Assembly: GCA_036170655.1 (NCBI GenBank)
Contig: JAVHPP010000032.1
Location: forward strand, 1-18,058
From: Candidatus Zixiibacteriota bacterium
GTDB taxonomy: Bacteria > Zixibacteria > MSB-5A5 > WJJR01
Direction of reading: 5' to 3'
DNA: 18,058 nucleotides
The translations under genes were made by a program, and so were the position numbers. Position 1 is the stretch's first letter. Every line of letters starts with the position of its first letter. This document shows positions 1 through 7,781 of this stretch, one piece after another. The notes below the pieces were generated by a model. It was not told the origin of the DNA and did no database searches. It saw only the letters and a list, made by a program, of their open reading frames with translations.

Positions 1-196
1 CACCCACCTGACCTACGACCACGAGATTGGCCAAGCAAAGGCGATACAGGTTTTGGCCGGTTTGCTCTGTTCCGGGTTGATGCGACCAGAGATGGGTCAA
101 CAGAGACTCGACTCGATCGACACCGTCGGGACTCTTCCCCAGAACCAGGGAACCACCCGAGTCGAAGTAATTGAATGGCGACACGGATTCAGTCAT
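1..196 (-). CDS. opcA: Glucose-6-phosphate dehydrogenase assembly protein OpcA, N-terminal part (truncated by window edge)
   Basis: Not in the ORF track. Manual translation from the ATG at 196 stays open to position 1: MTESVSPFNYFDSGGSLVLGKSPDGVDRVESLLTHLWSHQPGTEQTGQNLYRLCLANLVVVGQVG. The pattern VESLLTHLW...RLCLANLVVV fits the OpcA N-terminus, and the ORF begins 15 bp downstream of zwf, the usual opcA position. Confidence 0.75.
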   Translation of the reverse strand, partial: MTESVSPFNYFDSGGSLVLGKSPDGVDRVESLLTHLWSHQPGTEQTGQNLYRLCLANLVVVGQVG

Positions 197-211
197 GAGT
201 CAGATCCGCCA

Positions 212-1771
212 TCAGATACTGCGCCACCGGCGTCCGTCACGTTGCAGCAGCACGTCGGCATCCTCCGGTCCTTCCGATCCGGCGGGGTAGAGCGGCAGGG
301 GCGTTCGCGGGTCATTGTGCCATGTATCGATGATGCGATCGACCCATCCCCACGACAGTTCGACTTCGTCTTCACGCGAAAATAGTGTGGCGTCTCCGCT
401 AACGGCATCGAGAATCAGACGTTCATAGGCTTCCGGAGACGAAGCACCAAACGACGTGGCGTACTGGAAGTCCATACGCACCGGGTCGATGTGCATTTTC
501 ATCCCCGGTGCCTTGGCGGAAAACGCAAGGTAGATTCCTTCGTCCGGCTGGATCTTGATGCCCAAGACATTGGGGCCCGCATGGGATGTCCCGGCGCTGC
601 CAAAGAGTACCAGCGGCGGCGCCTTGAAGGTGATGGCGACCTCGGTGGCGCGCCGGGCCAGACGTTTGCCGACCCGTACATAGAACGGCGTTCCCGCCCA
701 GCGCCAGTTGTCGATGGCCATCCTCATGGCCATATATGTCTCCGTCACCGACTGCGGGGCCACGCCCGGTTCCTCCCGGTACCCAGGCACTTTGGCGCCA
801 CCGACCGCGCCCGCGGCATACTGACCGCGCACCGTAAAACGGCGCACATCATCCGCGGAGAATGGCCGCAAAGAGCGCAACACCTTGACCTTTTCATCGC
901 GCACAGCGTCGGCCGACAGGGTCGCAGGCGGCTCCATCGCCAGCAGCGTCACGAGTTGAAGAATGTGGCTCTGCAGCATGTCGCGGGTGACACCGGCTTT
1001 CTCGTAATAGGTGGCACGTCCCTCGACCCCTACCGTCTCGGCCACGGTCACCTGGATATGGTCGACATAGCGGCTGTTCCAAAGAGGTTCGAAGAAGCCG
1101 TTCCCCAGACGGAACACGAGAATGTTCTGCACCGTCTCCTTGCCCAGGTAGTGGTCAATCCGGTAGACTTGGTGTTCGTTGAATGCGCCATGAACGGCCA
1201 CGTTGAGTGCGCGCGCGCTGGCGAGGTCGCGACCAAATGGTTTTTCGATGATGATGCGCGTCCATGGCGATGTGTCATGATGGGGCGCGATCAATCCGGC
1301 GGCGGCGAGGTTGGCGATGATCACGGGGAACTGGTCGGGCGGCGTTGCCAGGTAGAAGAGCCGGTTCCCCTGTGTGCCGGCTGTGAGATCAATCTCGTTC
1401 AAATGGGATTTGAGCCGGACATAGGCGCCCGTGTCGTCGAAGTTTCCTTCATGATAGAACAGCCGCGAGGCCAGGCTGTCCCACACACCCTGATCCAGCG
1501 GCAGGCGGCGTGAAAAGCGTGCAACGGAATCGCGCATCTCGCCGCGAAACTGATCGTCCGTCTGGGGACGCCGGGCAAAACCAACGACCGCGAAATCCAC
1601 CGGCAGTAGCCGGTCCAAGGTGAGATTGTAGAGCGCATCGAGCAGCTTGCGCTTGGTCAGGTCGCCGGTGGCGCCAAAAATGACGATCGCGCATGGGGTG
1701 CCGTTGCGCGGTGGTTCGAGTCCTGTCGCCAGCGGATTGCCTGCGCTCTTGTCCATGACCTGAACCGGCAT
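212..1771 (-). CDS. zwf: Glucose-6-phosphate 1-dehydrogenase
   Basis: Signature motifs IFGATGDL, IIIEKPFG, RIDHYLGKE, RWAGTPFY and EAYERL. The track ORF (to 1855) overlaps gnd, so the real start is more likely the ATG at 1771 (1 bp past the gnd stop) or the ATG at 1756. Confidence 0.97.
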   Translation of the reverse strand: MPVQVMDKSAGNPLATGLEPPRNGTPCAIVIFGATGDLTKRKLLDALYNLTLDRLLPVDFAVVGFARRPQTDDQFRGEMRDSVARFSRRLPLDQGVWDSLASRLFYHEGNFDDTGAYVRLKSHLNEIDLTAGTQGNRLFYLATPPDQFPVIIANLAAAGLIAPHHDTSPWTRIIIEKPFGRDLASARALNVAVHGAFNEHQVYRIDHYLGKETVQNILVFRLGNGFFEPLWNSRYVDHIQVTVAETVGVEGRATYYEKAGVTRDMLQSHILQLVTLLAMEPPATLSADAVRDEKVKVLRSLRPFSADDVRRFTVRGQYAAGAVGGAKVPGYREEPGVAPQSVTETYMAMRMAIDNWRWAGTPFYVRVGKRLARRATEVAITFKAPPLVLFGSAGTSHAGPNVLGIKIQPDEGIYLAFSAKAPGMKMHIDPVRMDFQYATSFGASSPEAYERLILDAVSGDATLFSREDEVELSWGWVDRIIDTWHNDPRTPLPLYPAGSEGPEDADVLLQRDGRRWRSI

Positions 1772-1772
1772 C

Positions 1773-2687
1773 TTACTTGTCCGATCCGTTGCTGGTCGTA
1801 CGGACAGCGTGGCCACCGAATTCATTACGCAATGCCGCCAGCACCTTCGCGGCAAAGGATTCCTCCTGGCGCGAGGTGAAGCGCGCCAGCAACGACATTG
1901 TCAGAACCGGCGCGGGGATATCGTGGTTAATGGCTTCAAAGACGGTCCAGCGTCCTTCACCGGAGTCCTCGACATACCCTTTGAGCTTCGACAGGTCGGG
2001 GTCTTTCTGGAAAGCGGCCTCGGCGAGTTCCAAGAGCCAGGACCGCACCACGCTCCCTTGATTCCACAGGTGGGCAAGGGCGCCCAAGTCATAGTTGAAT
2101 CCCGAGGCACGGAGAATCTCGAATCCCTCGGCGTACGCTTCCATCATCCCATACTCGATGCCATTGTGGATCATTTTCGAGAAGTGTCCTGCGCCGGCCG
2201 GACCGGCGAGGATATACCCATCTGGGGGCGCGAGTGTCTTGAGCGCCGGTTCGACCTGCTGAAACGCTTCTTTCTCTCCCCCCGCCATCATGCAGTAACC
2301 GACCTTCAGTCCCCAGATGCCTCCTGAAGTGCCGATGTCGAGAAACTTCTGCCCCCGGACCCGGCAATACTCGTGATGACGGACAGAGTCGGTCCATCGC
2401 GAATTGCCGCCGTCGATCAGCAGATCACCTGGGGACAGGCGCTCCGCCAAGTCAGCGACGGCCTGATCGGTCGCATCACCGGCGGGTACCATAACCCAGA
2501 CGGTGCGCGGCGGATTCAGCTTCGCGATCAGATCATCGTACGAAGCGGCACCGAGCGCCCCATGCCCGACCGCCTCAGTGACTTTCCCCGGCGAGCGGTT
2601 GTACGCCACGACCTGATGACCGCCTCCGAGTAAACGGCGCACCATGTTCATCCCCATGCGCCCCAGACCGACAAATCCGAGTTTCAT
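1773..2687 (-). CDS. gnd: 6-phosphogluconate dehydrogenase, decarboxylating (short ~300 aa form)
   Basis: GLGRMG Rossmann motif, DGGNS, TSGG, KMIHNGIEYG, DSGEGRW and RNEFGGH. RBS AAGGAG lies 5 nt before the ATG. Confidence 0.96.
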   Translation of the reverse strand: MKLGFVGLGRMGMNMVRRLLGGGHQVVAYNRSPGKVTEAVGHGALGAASYDDLIAKLNPPRTVWVMVPAGDATDQAVADLAERLSPGDLLIDGGNSRWTDSVRHHEYCRVRGQKFLDIGTSGGIWGLKVGYCMMAGGEKEAFQQVEPALKTLAPPDGYILAGPAGAGHFSKMIHNGIEYGMMEAYAEGFEILRASGFNYDLGALAHLWNQGSVVRSWLLELAEAAFQKDPDLSKLKGYVEDSGEGRWTVFEAINHDIPAPVLTMSLLARFTSRQEESFAAKVLAALRNEFGGHAVRTTSNGSDK

Positions 2688-2750
2688 AATCGCTCCTTGT
2701 GATATGTATTCCGTCGCCCTTCGCGTCTCCGTTGAACCAACACGGGGGGC

Positions 2751-4469
2751 TTACTCTGATTCTATAGCCAAAGCCAGTTCGTTCAGTCCGCGCAAGGCGT
2801 CAGCGCCGAGATGGACGTGGAGAAACGGCCGTCCCCGGCTGGTCAGTGAGCGTGCATCACCGAGCGCCTGGGCCATTTTCAGTGTCCCGAACGTATAGGC
2901 GGCGCCGGGAATGGGGATGTCAGCCGTGTTTTCCGCCGTGATCAACATGAAAGCGCCCGACTGCGGCCCTCCTTTGTAAAGCTGTCCGATCGAATGCAGG
3001 TATCGTGGTCCGTAACCCCGCAACGTCGCGCGTTTGGTTTGTGCGCGCAGCGTTTTGCGGATGCGGGAGATCACCACCTCAGTTTCCATCGCATCATCCA
3101 GGTACGCCAATACAGCAATGTAGCCGCAGTCTTGCGCGCGCTCGACCCACGGGCGGATTGAGGCTTTCACCGTTGATGATGTCTGGCCCGCCGCAACAGA
3201 ACCGCCACGGCGGATGGAGAAATTGACGCCCTCGGCGACCGCTTCAGGCAAAGGGGCGCGATTCTTGGTACCAATCTGGTCCAAGAGCATCCGGGTGTTG
3301 TCTTTGGACTCCTGCACATTGGGTTCGTCAAACGGGTTGATTCCCAGTACCCATCCGGCCACGGCAGTCGCCAGTTCCCAGCGGAAGAACTCGGTGCCGA
3401 TCTGGGCACGATCCACCAGTGTCACCTCCACGACTGGTCTGCCAGCCGCAACCAACTGATCTTTCAGCCGACCGAGGGATACGCGTTCTTCCACCAAGCG
3501 CATCAGCACAAACAGCCGGTCAGGGCCATAATCGTCCAAGTCTCCGGGCGGTTCCCCTTCGATGGGCACAATTCCGGTTTGATTCTTGCCGGTGGATTCG
3601 GCGATCAACTGCTCGATCCAAGGGATCACTGGCGCCATGGACGGGGTGGCGACAAATGTCAGCTTGTCCTGCCCGGCACGCGCGCCGGCACCCATCAACA
3701 GGCCCAATTCGAGAGCGGGATTGGCAGGGCTTCCACTCAGGCCCTCGTGCTCGCTTGCGACGGCGTAGTCGAGGATGGCCTGCAGCGGAATCCCGGCGAG
3801 GGCGCCGGGAACCAGGCCGAAATAGGATAATGCCGAGTATCGTCCGCCGATATCAGACGGGTTGAGGAAAATGCGGCGGAACTGCCGTGCCCGCGCCAGT
3901 TGCTCCAGTTGTGATCCGGCATCGGTGATGGCCGCAAAGTGTCTCCCGGCCTCGCTTCCCAACTCTGCGACCATTTTGTGCCAGAAGTATTCGGTGTGTG
4001 ACAGAGTTTCGACGGTCTTCCCCGATTTGGACGCCGAGATGAAGAGCGTTCGCTTCAGGTCGATCCGGGATTCGATCTTCTGAATGGCTGCCGGGTCGGT
4101 TGAATCGAGGACCATGTAGCGCTGTGGCGATCCAGGGCGGGGGAACATCCGCCCCAGGACGGTAGGGCACAGGGATGACCCTCCCATCCCCATAACAACG
4201 ATGTCACCGATACCATCCTGCGTGACCGAATCAGCGAATCGGGTCAGATCCCCGACTTTGTCCCGCATCGCGGAGGCGATGCCCAGCCACCCCAGTCGGT
4301 CAGCGATCAGTCTCTGCGTGGACTGGTCACTGGTCCAGACGGATGCGTCGGACTTGGATATCCGCTCGATCACGTGATCGATCTTTGCTTTTTCCTGCCA
4401 GGTGTCCCAAGAATGTTGCAAGACGCCCGGGTGGATGGTCAAGACGCTGGAGACGGCAGTACTCATCAT
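2751..4469 (-). CDS. pgi: Glucose-6-phosphate isomerase (type found in Tal-Pgi fusions, here without a transaldolase domain)
   Basis: RLGWL, GMGGSSL, LDSTDP, SKSGKTVET, IGGRYSALS, EQLIAESTGK, GINPFDEPNVQESK and a C-terminal YLHSIGQLYKGGP. It lies inside the pentose phosphate cluster. Confidence 0.9.
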   Translation of the reverse strand: MMSTAVSSVLTIHPGVLQHSWDTWQEKAKIDHVIERISKSDASVWTSDQSTQRLIADRLGWLGIASAMRDKVGDLTRFADSVTQDGIGDIVVMGMGGSSLCPTVLGRMFPRPGSPQRYMVLDSTDPAAIQKIESRIDLKRTLFISASKSGKTVETLSHTEYFWHKMVAELGSEAGRHFAAITDAGSQLEQLARARQFRRIFLNPSDIGGRYSALSYFGLVPGALAGIPLQAILDYAVASEHEGLSGSPANPALELGLLMGAGARAGQDKLTFVATPSMAPVIPWIEQLIAESTGKNQTGIVPIEGEPPGDLDDYGPDRLFVLMRLVEERVSLGRLKDQLVAAGRPVVEVTLVDRAQIGTEFFRWELATAVAGWVLGINPFDEPNVQESKDNTRMLLDQIGTKNRAPLPEAVAEGVNFSIRRGGSVAAGQTSSTVKASIRPWVERAQDCGYIAVLAYLDDAMETEVVISRIRKTLRAQTKRATLRGYGPRYLHSIGQLYKGGPQSGAFMLITAENTADIPIPGAAYTFGTLKMAQALGDARSLTSRGRPFLHVHLGADALRGLNELALAIESE

Positions 4470-4530
4470 TAGGTGTCCATTTCTGGTCAGGGATTTGGCT
4501 TGGTCGGGTATTTTCCCCCGGAACGGCCGG

Positions 4531-5175
4531 TCAGGACTTAAGAGCCCGGATGGTCGAGGCGTAGTTTTCAGTTCTAAACAGTCCCGACCCCACTACCAAG
4601 ATATCGGCACCGGCATCGATCACCCGATGGCAGGTTTCTGTGTTGATGCCGCCGTCGACTTCGAGAAGGCAGGTAAATCCCCCTTCGTCAATAAGATGCC
4701 GTGCTGCACGGATCTTTTCTGTGCTGCTCTCGATGTACTTTTGACCGCCAAATCCGGGAAAGACAGACATGATGAGGAGAAGGTCAATCTTGTCCAAGTA
4801 TGGACTGACTCGCTCCAACGGAGTGTCGGGATTCAGTGTCAGTCCCAGCTTGACTCCCAAGCGATGGAGACGGTCGAACATCGGCTGCGGATTTGGGGCG
4901 GCCTCAATGTGGAACGTGATATTGTCGGCGCCATTCCGTACGAACGCCTCGGCGTAACGCGCCGGATCGTCCAACATCAAGTGGACATCCAGGAAGACGT
5001 CTGTCGCCCGGTCGAAGTATCCGGTGAGATCTGGTCCAAACGAGATGTTCGGAACGAAGTGCCCATCCATGATGTCGACATGAAGCCAGTCGGCGCCCGC
5101 CGCCACAACGGCCCGCACATCATCTTCCAGATGCGCAAAGTCACAGGAGAGCACGGAGGCGGCAATTTGGGGCAT
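4531..5175 (-). CDS. rpe: Ribulose-phosphate 3-epimerase
   Basis: Signature motifs HVDIMDGHFVPNISFG, DVHLM, MSVFPGFGGQ, EVDGGIN and VVGSGLF. Confidence 0.97.
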   Translation of the reverse strand: MPQIAASVLSCDFAHLEDDVRAVVAAGADWLHVDIMDGHFVPNISFGPDLTGYFDRATDVFLDVHLMLDDPARYAEAFVRNGADNITFHIEAAPNPQPMFDRLHRLGVKLGLTLNPDTPLERVSPYLDKIDLLLIMSVFPGFGGQKYIESSTEKIRAARHLIDEGGFTCLLEVDGGINTETCHRVIDAGADILVVGSGLFRTENYASTIRALKS

Positions 5176-5281
5176 AGGGGGGCTCGCGAGATCGGCTACG
5201 CTATGAATTTGCGGCGATCAAAGGTTCGCGGCCAGACAAATCTGAGCGGATGCCTGCCGCGAAGGCCCATTGGGCGGGTCT

Positions 5282-6691
5282 TTATCCTGCGCCGGGTCCG
5301 CCCCCTTTTCCAGTGGGGAATTTTCTCAGCCCACTACGGAGATACTCCCAAGAGTAAGTCAGCCCCGTTGTGGGGAACCAGATCAAGGCCTGTAGCAACA
5401 ACTGATCGTACCGGATTGGCTCTACTGGCCGGACTTCACGTAACACGCGCCAGAAACCCGCGGTGACGGCGAGACGGGCGATCCCGGACACGAGAATGGG
5501 TAGCAACAGATGGGATCCCCGGAAGGTGCCGGTTGCGGTCAGGAGCGCCCCAAAGTTCATCCCGCTGAAGATGGCGATGCCATTGATCGCCTGGTACACC
5601 GAGAGGAGACGTGGGCGGCGTTCGGGCGACGTTGTGTCGAGCAGGAAGTAGAAGGTGGAGAGTTCGAAGGCCGCCCACGACGCGCCGCCGTACAACTCAG
5701 CTATCGCCAACAGAGCCGGGCTTTGCAGATAACACCACAGAAGGGGAACAAAGCCGACCGAGATCCCGGCCGACAGCAAGACCTTACGCGCTCCGTGGCG
5801 GTCACACATCCGTCCCCAAAAGGGCATCATCGTGAACTTGGCGAGCATCGAGGCGGCGGTGACGATCGTAAATTGCAGATAGGTGAAATTCATTCCCCGG
5901 AGCATGTATGGGGTAAAAAAGGGGACCGCGGCGAAGACAGAGAAGTTCATCGCGGCCAGATAGAAGATCAGCATGGCCGAGTTGCCCTCCCCCGGCCGGA
6001 AGAGAAAATGACGGATCGGGATGGCCGATGTCGCTTTCGGGATGACCGAGGCCGGAGGTTCGTACTGGCGATTCAGAAAATAGACAGAGACCCCGCGCGC
6101 GACGAAAGCCAGCATGAACATGACCGCAAAGGTGGCGGTCCGTCCCCGCCCGTCCGCAGCGGAGATGTTCAGCAGGACACCCGCGGCGAGGAAAACCAGA
6201 AACTGAACGGCGCCGCTTGTCAGATTTCGTCGTCCCAGGTACTTCCCCTTGTTGCTCTGGCCGAGAAGGTCCCCCATCCAAGATTGCCACGCCGGGGCCA
6301 AAAAGAGGAGGGCCGATTGGTAGATGATCGCCAGACTGATGAGGATCCAGACCGAGCCTTCCACGTGTGCCGAGCCGGCCGCCCGTGCCAGATATGCGAA
6401 TGGCAGGTAGATAGCGCCCTGCAACGCGGCGGCCCAGACGACGACGCGACGGCGGGAGCCGGCTCGCCGGATCGCTGCCGGGGAGAAGAGCTGGAGGAGG
6501 GATCCGACCAGGAGGGGAGCAGTGATCAGATAGCCGATTTCGGCCGCCGTGGCGCCAATAGAGACCGCAAAGGCCGTCAGGTACAGTTCGCCGACGCCCA
6601 TCATGACTGCGAAAGCGCAGGCGTCGTAGACCGAGAGCCGCAGGCTCTGTTCGATCTGTGATGTTTCGGTGAATGCTTCCCGGACTTTCAA
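5282..6691 (-). CDS. Major facilitator superfamily transporter, substrate unknown
   Basis: 469 aa with about 12 hydrophobic segments and motif-A-like loops (IRRAGSRRR; WGRMCDRHGARKVL). TTG start with RBS GGGAGG 7 nt upstream. Confidence 0.85.
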   Translation of the reverse strand: MKVREAFTETSQIEQSLRLSVYDACAFAVMMGVGELYLTAFAVSIGATAAEIGYLITAPLLVGSLLQLFSPAAIRRAGSRRRVVVWAAALQGAIYLPFAYLARAAGSAHVEGSVWILISLAIIYQSALLFLAPAWQSWMGDLLGQSNKGKYLGRRNLTSGAVQFLVFLAAGVLLNISAADGRGRTATFAVMFMLAFVARGVSVYFLNRQYEPPASVIPKATSAIPIRHFLFRPGEGNSAMLIFYLAAMNFSVFAAVPFFTPYMLRGMNFTYLQFTIVTAASMLAKFTMMPFWGRMCDRHGARKVLLSAGISVGFVPLLWCYLQSPALLAIAELYGGASWAAFELSTFYFLLDTTSPERRPRLLSVYQAINGIAIFSGMNFGALLTATGTFRGSHLLLPILVSGIARLAVTAGFWRVLREVRPVEPIRYDQLLLQALIWFPTTGLTYSWEYLRSGLRKFPTGKGGGPGAG

Positions 6692-7189
6692 AGGCGGGCC
6701 TCCCGGTCCCCGCGTAGTCTACCCGTTGAGGGGGCTGTGTTGAAGGATTACTTCATGGGTGGGTTGAAGAATGTCTGCTTCCTTGCAGGAAACCAGCGTG
6801 TCGGCGCGGAGGAAAGCCTTGACTGCCCGGGGCACAGCGCATTTCCCAGAGGCGGGAGGGTACATCCCACCTATGAAAAAAATGTGGTTTCCGAGGGCAA
6901 ACGTGCGGATTTCTCTTGCGGTGTCATTCGCCAGACTCCATGCTAAGAGTGAAAGAAGGGCATTTGCCCTATGGAGACGGGCAATGATTGCGGGAAAAAC
7001 GCCGGAGGAAAATACGGCGAGGCATCGTCAAGAATATCCAGGAGGGGCAAGGTTTTCCGGCGATGCGGTGAACAACGGGCGATTTCATTCTGATGGAGCG
7101 AAGTCTTAGGGTATCGAAGAAGATCAGGGATTTGAAGTGACGTCAAACGTAGTGGCAGTACCAACCCTCTACCCGAACGGGAGGCACGT

Positions 7190-7594
7190 ATGCCGATGAT
7201 GAAGAAGAAACCGGCGAAGAAGGCCAAAGCCAAGAAGGCCCCGGCCAAGAAGAAAGCCGCCAAGAAGAAAGCGGCCCCAAAGAAAAAAGCGGCGCCGAAA
7301 AAGAAAGCCGCCGCCAAGGCGAAACCCAAGACCAAGCGCAAACCGAACGCCGCGTTCATGAAGCCGATGCAGCCATCCGATGCACTCTCGGCGGTCGTGG
7401 GGATGAGCGCGTTGCCGCGCACCGAAGTCACCAAGAAGCTTTGGGCGTACATCAAGCGCAATGGCCTGCAGGACGCCAAGAAGCGCACCATGATCAACGC
7501 CGATGACAAGCTGCAGGTGATCTTCGGTGGACGTCCCCAGGTGTCGATGTTCGAGATGACGAAGCTCGTCTCGAAGCATCTGAAGGAAGCCTGA
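7190..7594 (+). CDS. SWIB/MDM2 domain protein with Lys/Ala/Pro-rich histone H1-like N-terminal tail
   Basis: C-terminal SWIB domain (PSDALSAVVG...PRTEVTKKLWAYIKRNGLQD...INADDKL...VSMFEMTKLVSKHL). RBS GGGAGG lies 5 nt before the ATG, third codon positions are strongly GC-biased, and a hairpin follows the gene. Confidence 0.93.
   Translation: MPMMKKKPAKKAKAKKAPAKKKAAKKKAAPKKKAAPKKKAAAKAKPKTKRKPNAAFMKPMQPSDALSAVVGMSALPRTEVTKKLWAYIKRNGLQDAKKRTMINADDKLQVIFGGRPQVSMFEMTKLVSKHLKEA
7202..7342 (+). repeat. Low-complexity coding repeat (KKKAAP/PAKK units)
   Basis: Imperfect tandem AAGAAGAAAGC(C/G)GCC-type units encode 25 Lys within residues 5-51 of the SWIB protein. Confidence 0.85.
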
Positions 7595-7627
7595 GCGTCG
7601 TCGCGGCCCAGCCGCAAGTTGTGACCA

Positions 7628-7668
7628 ACCCCGCCCCGGTCGTGAGTTGATCGGGGCGGGGTCGTATT
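7628..7668 (+). terminator. Probable intrinsic terminator after the SWIB gene
   Basis: 14-bp stem ACCCCGCCCCGGTC / GATCGGGGCGGGGT (one G-U pair) with a 7-nt loop, followed by CGTATTT, 33 bp after the stop codon. The U-tract is weak. Confidence 0.65.
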
Positions 7669-7781
7669 TGGGGGCCGGGATGCTGGGGATTTTTCAAGGC
7701 CAGGACGCCAAGATCGGGAGCGCCCGGACGCTGCGCCGCGAATTGTGTTGCCCCTGACCTTGTCACGCCAATCTTTCCCTC

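Noticed and set aside
491..6661. Long plus-strand ORFs 491-1513, 4402-5466 and 5510-6661
   Set aside because: They are antisense to zwf, rpe and the MFS gene, have no motifs, and are expected by-products of high-GC codon bias.
6806..7110. GGAGGAAAGCC resembling the 5' conserved motif of RNase P RNA (GAGGAAAGUCC)
   Set aside because: The motif is mismatched, and I found no complementary 3' P4 strand (AGAACCCGGCUUA-like) at a suitable distance.
7202..7342. Tandem repeats considered as a CRISPR or other non-coding array
   Set aside because: The units are imperfect, in frame and have no spacers, and the Lys/Ala-rich protein tail fully explains them.
6943..7617. 224-aa minus-strand ORF rich in F/A/L/G that looks like a membrane protein
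   Set aside because: It is the antisense mirror of the Lys/Ala codon repeats of the SWIB gene.
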